From Dehalococcoidia bacterium (GTDB lineage: Bacteria > Chloroflexota > Dehalococcoidia > UBA2979): a stretch of DNA of 64,000 bases. Each line of letters opens with the position of its first letter. The stretch's first letter is position 1. Made by a program: the position numbers and the translations under genes. Location of the stretch: assembly GCA_963667465.2 (NCBI GenBank), contig CAXXDN010000002.1, forward strand, positions 544,001 to 608,000, read 5' to 3'. The notes below the pieces were generated by a model. That model did not search any database, was not told where the DNA came from, and was given only the letters and a program-made list of their open reading frames with translations. Positions 19,600-27,493 of the stretch are shown here, piece after piece.

Positions 19600-21297
19600 C
19601 TATCCGGCAGTGAGGGCGCGCACGACGTCGCGCACGATCTCGCCCGGCACGTCGCCGTGGACGACCGGGTGTCCGATCTCCTCGAGCAGCACGAAGCGCA
19701 GCCGCCCCGCCTCGACCTTCTTATCGAGGAGCATCGTCTCCATCACCGCCTCGGCGTTCACGCCCGGCGCGGCGAGCGGCAGGCCGAGCGTGCGCAGCAC
19801 GTCCGCCTGGCGGGCGACGACCTCGTTGTCGAGGATGCCCATGCGCTCGGCGATGCGGGCCGCGCCCATCATGCCGACGGAGACCGCCTCGCCGTGCAGG
19901 TAGTCCTCGTAGCCGGTCACCGCCTCAATCGCGTGGCCGATGGTGTGTCCGTAGTTGAGGATCGCGCGCAGCCCGCGCTCCTTCGGGTCGGCCGAGACGA
20001 TCAGCGCCTTGAGCCGCGAGGAGCGCGCGATCACGTGCGCCAGCAGCTCCTGGTCCGGCGCCAGACCGCCGAGGTCGCCCGCGTGCCGCTCGATCTCGCC
20101 GAGCAGCAGCGGGTCGAGGATCAGCGCGTGCTTCACCACCTCGGCGAGGCCCTCGGTGAAGGCGCGACGCGGCAACGTGCGCAGCAGGTCGATGTCGGAG
20201 AGGACGGCGCGCGGCTGGTGGAAGGCGCCGACGAGGTTCTTGCCGCCCGGCAGGTCGACGGCGACCTTGCCGCCGATCGCCGCGTCGTTCATCGCCAGCA
20301 CGGAGGTCGGCACCTGCACGAAAGGCATCCCGCGCAGGTAGGTGGCCGCCACGTAGCCGGCGAGGTCGCCGACCACGCCGCCTCCGAAGGCGAGCACCGT
20401 ATCGCGGCGCTCCGCGCGCGACTGCGCGAGCCAGCCGTAGATCTCCTCGGCGGCGCGCAGGCTCTTCGAGGTCTCGCCTGGCGGGACGACGTAGGAGGCG
20501 CCGCGGTAGCCGCCGCTGTCGAGCGCGTCGACAAGCAGCTCGCCGTGCGCCTCCATAACCGACTCGTCGGCGATCACGTACACGGAGCCCTCGAGGCCGA
20601 GCAGGCGCAGCCGCTCGGGCAGCCGCATCAGCTCGCCGGCGCCGACCCAGATCGGGTAGCGCTCGCTGCCCGTGTCGACGATCGCGGCCGGGCCGGCGAC
20701 GGGCTGGGGGCTGCCGAGGCGCTCGAGGCGGCGCGCACCGCCGGCGGGCACGTCCGCGCCGCCCGACCAGGCCTGCAGGATGCGATCCGCCACGTCCTCC
20801 GGGGACATGCCCTGCGCGGGCGTCCAGAGGTCGGCCTGGCTGTAGTGGATGCGCCGCTCGTCGCTCAGCTCCTGCAGGCGGCCCTCGAGGTCCTCGCCGA
20901 GCAGCGGGCGCTCCGTGGAGTCCGGCGCGTCGCGCAGGCGGCGCGCGATCTCTGCGGGCGCGGCGTCGAGCCAGCAGATCAGCCCGCGCTCCCCGAGGGC
21001 GCGTCGCGAGCGGGAGCTGAGGAAGGCGCCGCCGCCGAGCGAGATCACGGCCGGCGTGCGCCGCGCGGCCTCGGCCACCACGCGCTCCTCGACCTTACGG
21101 AATTCCGGCTCGCCGCGGGTCGTGATCAGCTCCGCCGGCGAGCGGCCCTCCAGCTCGGTGACGAGGTCGTCGGTGTCGATCAGCGGCCAGCCAAGGCGTT
21201 CGGCGAGGATCGCGCCCACCGAGGACTTGCCGACGCCGCTGAGGCCGATCAGCACGATCTGCTGCAGCGGAACCTCCGCCCGCTCGTTGGCGCTCAT
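19600..21297 (-). CDS. aroB: Fused shikimate kinase / 3-dehydroquinate synthase
   Basis: N-terminal GLSGVGKS...DTD...GEPEFR...SLGGG (AroK) followed by GGGVVGDLAG, QVPTS, GGKVAV, GKNLVGAF, LNYGHTIGHAIE, HGEAV (AroB). ATG at 21297. Confidence 0.94.
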   Translation of the reverse strand: MSANERAEVPLQQIVLIGLSGVGKSSVGAILAERLGWPLIDTDDLVTELEGRSPAELITTRGEPEFRKVEERVVAEAARRTPAVISLGGGAFLSSRSRRALGERGLICWLDAAPAEIARRLRDAPDSTERPLLGEDLEGRLQELSDERRIHYSQADLWTPAQGMSPEDVADRILQAWSGGADVPAGGARRLERLGSPQPVAGPAAIVDTGSERYPIWVGAGELMRLPERLRLLGLEGSVYVIADESVMEAHGELLVDALDSGGYRGASYVVPPGETSKSLRAAEEIYGWLAQSRAERRDTVLAFGGGVVGDLAGYVAATYLRGMPFVQVPTSVLAMNDAAIGGKVAVDLPGGKNLVGAFHQPRAVLSDIDLLRTLPRRAFTEGLAEVVKHALILDPLLLGEIERHAGDLGGLAPDQELLAHVIARSSRLKALIVSADPKERGLRAILNYGHTIGHAIEAVTGYEDYLHGEAVSVGMMGAARIAERMGILDNEVVARQADVLRTLGLPLAAPGVNAEAVMETMLLDKKVEAGRLRFVLLEEIGHPVVHGDVPGEIVRDVVRALTAG

Positions 21298-22478
21298 GCG
21301 TCCGGCTCCCGCGGGCCGACCGTCGCCTGGAAGGCCTCGTAGTTGCGCAGGAACTCGTCGATGTGGTCGCCGCCGAACTTCTCGAGGGCGGCGTCGGCGA
21401 GCGTCATCAGCACCATCGCCTCGCCGATCACGCCCGCCGCCGGGACCACGCAGGTGTCGGCGCGCTCGAAGAAGGCCTGGGCTTCCTCGCCGGTCAGCAG
21501 GTCGGCGGTGGGCAGGCGGCGGGCGAGGGTGGCGATTGGCTTGAGCGCGCCGCGCACGATCAGCTCCTCGCCGTTGGTCATGCCCGCCTCGAGGCCGCCC
21601 GCGCGGTTGGTGCGCCGCTCCCACGGCCGGTCGCTCCACTGCGAAGCGGGCAGCAGCTGGTCGTGAACCTCGGAGCCGGGCTTGCGTGCGTTGTCGAAGG
21701 CGGGGCCGATCTCGACGCCCTTGACGGCGTTGATCGCGAGGATCGCCTGCGCGATCTGCCCGTCCAGGCGCCGGTCCCACTGCACGTGCGCCCCGAGGCC
21801 GAATGGCAGCCCGCTCGCGCGCACCTCGAAGATGCCGCCCAGGCTGTCGTGCGCGTCCTTCGCCGCGTCGATCGCCGCGATCATGCGCGGCTCCGCCTCG
21901 CGGTCGGCGACCCGCACCGGCGAGGCCTCGACGGCCTCCCAGTCGATCGCGCCCTCGGGCGGGGCAGCCTCCACGTCGCCGATCGCGATCGTGTGCGAGC
22001 GCACCGCGACGCCGATCCCGGCGAGCAGCGCGCGCGCGATCGCCCCCGCGCCGACGCGCATCGCGGTCTCGCGCGCGCTCGAGCGTTCGAGGATCTGGCG
22101 CACGTCGTCGAGTTGGTACTTCTGCGTGCCGGCGAGGTCGGCGTGGCCGGGCCGCAGCAGCGTGACGCGCTCGACCTCCTCGTCGACCTCCTCGGTGGCC
22201 ATGCGCACGCGCCAGTTGGCGTTGTCGTGGTCCTTGTTGCGCAGCCAGAGCGCAATCGGCGATCCGATCGTGCGCCCGTGACGGACGCCCGAGGTGATCT
22301 CGGCGCGGTCGGTCTCGATCTGCTGGCGCTTGCCGCGCCCGTAGCCGCGCTGCCTGCGCCCCAGGTCGATGGCGATCATGTCTTCGTCGATGCGCAGCCC
22401 GGCGGGGACGCCCTCGACGATCACGGTCAGCGCCTTGCCGTGCGACTCGCCCGCGGTGAGGAAGCGGAAACGGCTCAC
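21294..22478 (-). CDS. aroC: Chorismate synthase
   Basis: TAGESHG, RRQRGYGRG, RPGHAD, ERSSARET, NRAGGLEAGMTNGE, KPIAT. Confidence 0.97.
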   Translation of the reverse strand: MSRFRFLTAGESHGKALTVIVEGVPAGLRIDEDMIAIDLGRRQRGYGRGKRQQIETDRAEITSGVRHGRTIGSPIALWLRNKDHDNANWRVRMATEEVDEEVERVTLLRPGHADLAGTQKYQLDDVRQILERSSARETAMRVGAGAIARALLAGIGVAVRSHTIAIGDVEAAPPEGAIDWEAVEASPVRVADREAEPRMIAAIDAAKDAHDSLGGIFEVRASGLPFGLGAHVQWDRRLDGQIAQAILAINAVKGVEIGPAFDNARKPGSEVHDQLLPASQWSDRPWERRTNRAGGLEAGMTNGEELIVRGALKPIATLARRLPTADLLTGEEAQAFFERADTCVVPAAGVIGEAMVLMTLADAALEKFGGDHIDEFLRNYEAFQATVGPREPDA

Positions 22479-23131
22479 GATGCGCCCTCCACGCTGGCGG
22501 GCGCAGCCGCCGGCTTCGCGTCCGCCTCCGGCTCGATCAGCGCGCCCGCCTCGGGGTCGAGCGGGGCGTCTGGCTGGCGCTCGCGCGTGTGCCAGGTGGC
22601 GAGGATCTCCTCGAAGCCCAGCTCGTCCCAGTAGGTCTCCGCGCCTTCTTCGCGCGTCAGCTGCGTGGTCAGCAGGCAGACGGACTCTGTGACGCCTTCG
22701 GGGTCGCGGTACTCGGTGTAGACGTCGACCTGCACGGCGTCGAAGCGGATCAGCGGGATCTCGTAGAGCAGCCGCTCGGCCATCATCACGGCCGAGCGGC
22801 GCGCGACGTGGATCGCCCCGCCGACCTCGTCGCGCACGCCGTCGACGACGCGGATGTCGGGGTCGGCGAGCAGCGAGACGCGGCAGCGCGTGCTGTCGGC
22901 GGCAACGATCCCGGCCGACTGCAGCGCGCGCCAGTCCGAGGGGATCACGTCGCGGTCGGGGCGCATCCGCCGCCAGGTGTCGAAGGCCTCGAGCAGCGCG
23001 GCGCGCATTGCGGCCTCGTCGCCCTGCGCGATCGCGCGCCGCCAGTAGCGGTGGCCGAAGAAGGACTGGACGATCACCCAGCCCAACGCGCCGCCGATCA
23101 CGACTGTCAGGATGATCCCGATCTCGATCAC
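22475..23131 (-). CDS. Hypothetical membrane-anchored protein
   Basis: GTG at 23131 overlaps the aroE stop. N-terminal TM (IGIILTVVIGGALGWVIV), coding-like composition, stop overlaps aroC start. Confidence 0.7.
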   Translation of the reverse strand: MIEIGIILTVVIGGALGWVIVQSFFGHRYWRRAIAQGDEAAMRAALLEAFDTWRRMRPDRDVIPSDWRALQSAGIVAADSTRCRVSLLADPDIRVVDGVRDEVGGAIHVARRSAVMMAERLLYEIPLIRFDAVQVDVYTEYRDPEGVTESVCLLTTQLTREEGAETYWDELGFEEILATWHTRERQPDAPLDPEAGALIEPEADAKPAAAPASVEGAS

Positions 23132-24006
23132 GGCAGCGACTCCTGAGCTGCGAGTGCGGCGCGGGCGGCCCCGAACATCACCTCGAGCGGGGGCTCGAGG
23201 CCGGTCCAGAGGCGGAACGACTCTGCGCCCTGGTGGACCAGCATGCCCAACCCGCCGATCGGCCGGGCGCCCGCAGCTCCGGCGGCGTGCAGGAACGGCG
23301 TGCGCTCGGGTGTGTAGACCAGGTCGAAGGCGGCCTGCCCCGGCTGGAAGCAAGCCGCCGGCAGGGGTGTCGCCGCCTCGTCCGGCCCGTGGCGCATCCC
23401 CAGCGAGGTCGAGTGTATCACCAGCCCCGCGCGCTCCAGCGCCGCGCGCAGCGGCCTCGTGTCCACGTCCAGCGGGCAGACGCGCAGCTCGAGGGGCGGC
23501 GTAGCGCCCTCCTCGGCGACCTCGTGCAGCGCCTCCGCGCGCTCCGGCGTGCGGTTGGCGACGGTGAGCGAGCGCGCGCCGCCCGCGCGCAGCGCCGCGA
23601 CCACAGCGCGAGCCGCACCACCCGCGCCGATCAGCACCACCTCGATGTCCTCGAGGGCGACCGAGGCGTCGGCGAGCGCGCGCTGCACGCCGGCGACGTC
23701 GGTGTTGGTGGCGTGCAGCACGCCGTCGTCGCGGCGGACAAGCGTGTTGGCCGCGCCGATGCGCCGCGCGACGGCGTCGGCGGAGTCGGCGAGGCGCAGC
23801 GCCTCGAGCTTGTGAGGGACGGTCACGTTGGCGCCGAGCACGGCGGGGTCGCGCAGCCGTTCGAGGGCGTCCGGCACGTCCGCGGGGGGCGTGTCCCAGG
23901 CCTCGTAGCGCGCCTCGACGCCGAGCGCGTCGAGGGCGGCCTGCTGGAAGGCAGGCGAGATCGAGTGGGCAACCGGGTGTCCGAGCAGCGCGATGGTCTG
24001 CGTCAT
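23128..24006 (-). CDS. aroE: Shikimate dehydrogenase
   Basis: GHPVAHSISP, GANVTVPHK, GAANT, NTDV.G, GAGGAARA, NRT, DLVYTP, GLGMLVHQG. Confidence 0.96.
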   Translation of the reverse strand: MTQTIALLGHPVAHSISPAFQQAALDALGVEARYEAWDTPPADVPDALERLRDPAVLGANVTVPHKLEALRLADSADAVARRIGAANTLVRRDDGVLHATNTDVAGVQRALADASVALEDIEVVLIGAGGAARAVVAALRAGGARSLTVANRTPERAEALHEVAEEGATPPLELRVCPLDVDTRPLRAALERAGLVIHSTSLGMRHGPDEAATPLPAACFQPGQAAFDLVYTPERTPFLHAAGAAGARPIGGLGMLVHQGAESFRLWTGLEPPLEVMFGAARAALAAQESLP

Positions 24007-24058
24007 GGCCCAAGCGTCCGCCAGCCGGCGCTCACGCGCCAGCGGCGCGCCCTCCGCG

Positions 24059-24268
24059 CCCTCCGATCCCCTCGCCCCTGGCGGGAGAGGGTGAGGGTGA
24101 GGGGGATCCGCGCAGTTGCGCGGCCAGCGAGGCAGTCCGGCTCCCTCCGATCCCCTCTCCCCCGGCGGGAGAGGGTGAGGGTGAGGGGGATCCGCGCAGT
24201 TGCGCGGCCAGCGAGGCAGTCCGGCTCCCTCTCCCCCAGCGGGAGAGGGTGAGGGGGATCCGGCCAGC
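24059..24268. repeat. Tandem array of 84-nt REP-like palindromic units (2 full plus 1 partial)
   Basis: Units start at 24059, 24143 and 24227. Each has a ccctc(t/g)ccc..gggagaggg hairpin plus tgaggg repeats; the two full units also have cgcgcagttgcgcg. Confidence 0.85.
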
Positions 24269-24292
24269 GGCTACCCGAGGGTCAGCCGGCGG

Positions 24293-24544
24293 TCAGCCGA
24301 GCGAGACTGCGAGGCAGGTGGTGGTGCGTTGCACGCCGGCGACGGACTGCAGTTCCTTGGTGATGCACTTGCCGAGCTGGTCGAGGTCCTCGGCGTCGAG
24401 CTGGACGATGACGTCGTAGGGGCCGGTGACGGTGTCGACGGCGGTAACGGTGGCGAGCTCGGACGCGAGGTCGCGCATGGCGCGCCCGACTGCCTGGGTC
24501 CTCCCCACCTCGGTCTCGACGAGGATGTAGCCGCGAACGCTCAC
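24293..24544 (-). CDS. Stand-alone Lrp/AsnC ligand-binding domain protein
   Basis: GYILVETEVG, VTGPYDVIV, GVQRTTTC; 83 aa with no HTH. Confidence 0.88.
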   Translation of the reverse strand: MSVRGYILVETEVGRTQAVGRAMRDLASELATVTAVDTVTGPYDVIVQLDAEDLDQLGKCITKELQSVAGVQRTTTCLAVSLG

Positions 24545-24727
24545 GGGGTGCTCCTTTCGGGAGTGCGATGTGTGGGGATTGTAGGGGACGGGGGTAGGGG
24601 GCGGCGCATGGAACGGGTGTTCGCGGTACTGTGTGGCCGCAACCGAGTGCGAGCTCGCGGTTTACGCGCACATGCCCCTTGATGTATCCTTCCGCTATTG
24701 CAGATAAGCAGAAGGTGAGGGTGACCG

Positions 24728-25420
24728 ATGGTCGGCGAAACGACTCCAGTGCTGAACGTCACTGCGTGGTGGGCACTGCGACAGCAATTCAAGCGCACGC
24801 TGCCGCCGCTTGTAACCGAGATGTACCTGGCCACAGTGCTCTCCCTAAAGGACGGCCCGGCCCGGAATGTGCTGCGCAACCTCAGGATGCTCGGCCTCGT
24901 GGGAGAGGAGAACCAACCGACTGAGCTGGCGAACCGCTGGCGGGACGATGAACAGTACCGGGCTGCGTGCGAAGAGATCGTGGCGCGCGCTTACCCTGAC
25001 GAGCTTCGTGCGGCAGTGCCGGGTCCTGACCCGGACCCGGCCAAAGCGGCTCAGTGGTTCCTGCGAAGTCGGCGGCTCGGGGAGGGCGCAGCCAAGAATG
25101 CTGCGCGGACGTACGTCCTGATCGCTTCGGCGAAGCTGCCCGACGAGCCTGGTGCGGCTGCTACTCGCACGCCGGGCGCTCCTGCTCGCAAAGGAGGCTC
25201 GGCGAGGAAGGCACTGCGAACGCCGAAGGAAACTCGCTCACGCACCAAGGGGGCCCGAGCGGGTGCTGCACAGCGGCCTGAGATGGCAGGTGGGTTCGAA
25301 ATGCCTCGCCCGCAGATCGCCGTGCAGATCAACATCGCTCCCGATATGTCGGCGGAGCAGATCGACCAGGTCTTCGCAAGCATGGCGAGGCACCTCTACA
25401 GCGGGGCGGGTGTCGAGTAA
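24728..25420 (+). CDS. DUF5343-like protein
   Basis: WW.LR..FK...P, L..LGL...N.PTELANRWRDD..Y...C.EIV..AYP, a low-complexity linker and C-terminal QINI.P....EQIDQVFASMARHLY, as recalled for DUF5343 proteins. Codon usage is visibly different from neighbours. Confidence 0.65.
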   Translation: MVGETTPVLNVTAWWALRQQFKRTLPPLVTEMYLATVLSLKDGPARNVLRNLRMLGLVGEENQPTELANRWRDDEQYRAACEEIVARAYPDELRAAVPGPDPDPAKAAQWFLRSRRLGEGAAKNAARTYVLIASAKLPDEPGAAATRTPGAPARKGGSARKALRTPKETRSRTKGARAGAAQRPEMAGGFEMPRPQIAVQINIAPDMSAEQIDQVFASMARHLYSGAGVE

Positions 25421-25423
25421 GCC

Positions 25424-25912
25424 GTGAACCACGAGCCATTGCTCCTTGCGGCGCGCGGGCTTGCGCTGGCCGCCCGTGCTGGTGCATCTCGTCGCGTGCC
25501 CAGCGGCGAACCCCTCGAACTCTTCGACGCGGTTGTGACACACCCGTTGCTCACCAGCGCTACCCGCCAACTATTCGCGGACGGGCATTACGCTCGCGCC
25601 GTCGAGCAAGGATTCAAGGCCGTGAACAGCGTCGTGAAGAAGCGCACCGGATTCGCTGACGAGGGGCGCCCACTGATGGAACGGGCATTCTCGCCGAAGA
25701 CGCCCAGGCTCGCGGTGAACAACCTAAAGGTCCGCACCGAGAAGGACGAGCAAACCGGGGTCATGTTCTTGTTTGCTGGCGCCATGGCTGGGATCCGCAA
25801 CGTGCGAACGCACGACCTCACGCATGTAGACGATGCAGCGACGGCGCTCGAGCTGTTGGGGTTCGCGAACTACCTCATGCGCATCGCCGAGGCGGCATCG
25901 ATCAGGAACTAG
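25424..25912 (+). CDS. TIGR02391 / Ymh (HEPN-like) protein
   Basis: HP......LF.DGHY..AV...FK.V...VK...G, G..LM..AFS, EQ.G...LF.GA...IRN...H, A.ELL..A..L pattern. R-x4-H motif RNVRTH. Confidence 0.8.
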   Translation: MNHEPLLLAARGLALAARAGASRRVPSGEPLELFDAVVTHPLLTSATRQLFADGHYARAVEQGFKAVNSVVKKRTGFADEGRPLMERAFSPKTPRLAVNNLKVRTEKDEQTGVMFLFAGAMAGIRNVRTHDLTHVDDAATALELLGFANYLMRIAEAASIRN

Positions 25913-25984
25913 ACCGCGCGAGCCAGCTCTGACGCTCGACCCGCACCCTTCCCCCTCCCCTGCCCCCTCCATACACTCCCCTGC

Positions 25985-27052
25985 ATGACCGCCAACCCCC
26001 CTGCTGACCTCGATACCCTCGCGCGAGAGTGGCGTGCGGCGCTCGCGCGCGCGGGCGACGAGGAGGCCGTCGAGGAGTGGCGGCGCTCCGTGCTCGGGCG
26101 CTCGGGGGCCCTCACCGGCGTGCTGCGCGGGCTCTCCGCGCTGCCGCCCGAGGAGCGGCGCGCGACCGGGCAGGCTGCCAACGCGCTCAAGCGCGACCTC
26201 GAGGCGGATCTCGAGGCGCGCCGGGAGGAACTGCGCGCCGCCGCGCTTGCCTCGCAACTTGCCGGGGGCGCGGTCGATGTGACGCTGCCCGGCAGACGCC
26301 GCCGCCGCGGCGGGCTGCACCCCGTGACGCAGACGCTGCAGGAGATCCTCGACGCCTTCACGCGCATGGGCTTCGCCACCGTCGAGGGCCCCGAGGTCGA
26401 ACTCGACGACTACAACTTCACCCGCCTGCGCATCCCCGAGGACCACCCCGCGCGCGATATGTGGGACACCTTCTGGCTCGACGAGGACGTGGACGGCGAG
26501 CAGCCGCTGCTGCTCCGCACGCATACCTCGCCGATGCAGATCCGCTACCTCGACGCCCACGACGAGCCGCCCGTGCGCATCGCGGTGCCGGGCCGCTGCT
26601 ACCGCTACGAGGCGACCGACGCGACGCACGAGTGGATGATGACCCAGGTCGAGCTGCTCGCCGTCGACGAGGGCGTCTCGCTCGCCGACCTCAAGGGCAC
26701 GCTGCTGGAGTTCGCCCGCCAGCTCTTCGGCGGCGAGCGCCGCGTGCTGCTGCGGCACTCCTACTTCCCTTTCGTCGAGCCCGGCGTGGAGGTCGCCGTC
26801 GACTGCTTCTCCTGCCCCGGCGACAACCCGGCCTGCGCGGTCTGCCGCGGCAGCGGCTGGCTCGAGATCCTCGGCGCGGGGATGGTGCATCCCGAGGTGC
26901 TCGCCGCCTCGGGCTTCGACCCGGATCGCTACACCGGCTTCGCCGCCGGCATGGGCGTCGAGCGGATCGCGATGCTGCGCTACGGCATCGAGGACATCCG
27001 CAACTTCTACGCCAACGACCTGCGCTTCCTGCGCCAGTTCCAGGGGGTGTGA
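25985..27052 (+). CDS. pheS: Phenylalanine--tRNA ligase alpha subunit
   Basis: HPARDMWDTF, LRTHTSPMQ, YFPFVEP, WLEILGAGMVHP, GFAAGMGVERIAM. Confidence 0.98.
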   Translation: MTANPPADLDTLAREWRAALARAGDEEAVEEWRRSVLGRSGALTGVLRGLSALPPEERRATGQAANALKRDLEADLEARREELRAAALASQLAGGAVDVTLPGRRRRRGGLHPVTQTLQEILDAFTRMGFATVEGPEVELDDYNFTRLRIPEDHPARDMWDTFWLDEDVDGEQPLLLRTHTSPMQIRYLDAHDEPPVRIAVPGRCYRYEATDATHEWMMTQVELLAVDEGVSLADLKGTLLEFARQLFGGERRVLLRHSYFPFVEPGVEVAVDCFSCPGDNPACAVCRGSGWLEILGAGMVHPEVLAASGFDPDRYTGFAAGMGVERIAMLRYGIEDIRNFYANDLRFLRQFQGV

Positions 27053-27054
27053 CG

Positions 27055-27480
27055 ATGTCCGATGACACTGCGGCCAGCGACATCGAGGCGCCCGAGCCGC
27101 CCCCTGCGGGCGACCCAAACCTCGGCTATTTCTCGGTCAGCCTGTCGGTGAGCGACCTCGCGGTCTCGCAGGAGTTCTACGAGCAGCTCGGCTTCGAGCC
27201 GCTCGGCGGCGGCGAGGGCTGGCTGATGATGCGCCAGGGCGGCGCGATGATCGGCCTCTTCGAGGGGATGTTCGAGGGCAACATCCTGACCTTCAATCCT
27301 CCCGACGTGCGCGCCGTCCGCAGCCGCCTCGCCGAGCGCGGCCTCGAGACCGAGCTGCTGCACGAGATGCCGGACGGCCAGGACCCCTCGGTCGCGCTCC
27401 CGGCCACCGGGGACGAGGGCCCGGCGCACGTCGTCCTCGAAGACCCGGATGGCAACGCCATCCTGCTCGACCAGTTCTAG
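27055..27480 (+). CDS. VOC/glyoxalase family protein
   Basis: FSVSLSVSDL..S..FYE.LGF, IGLFEGMFEGNILTFNP, GPAH..LEDPDGN.ILLDQ. ATG at 27055. Confidence 0.88.
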   Translation: MSDDTAASDIEAPEPPPAGDPNLGYFSVSLSVSDLAVSQEFYEQLGFEPLGGGEGWLMMRQGGAMIGLFEGMFEGNILTFNPPDVRAVRSRLAERGLETELLHEMPDGQDPSVALPATGDEGPAHVVLEDPDGNAILLDQF

Positions 27481-27493
27481 CGAGGCCTGCCGA

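Noticed and set aside
24059-24268. CRISPR array
   Set aside because: Inter-repeat segments are identical rather than unique spacers, and there are no cas genes.
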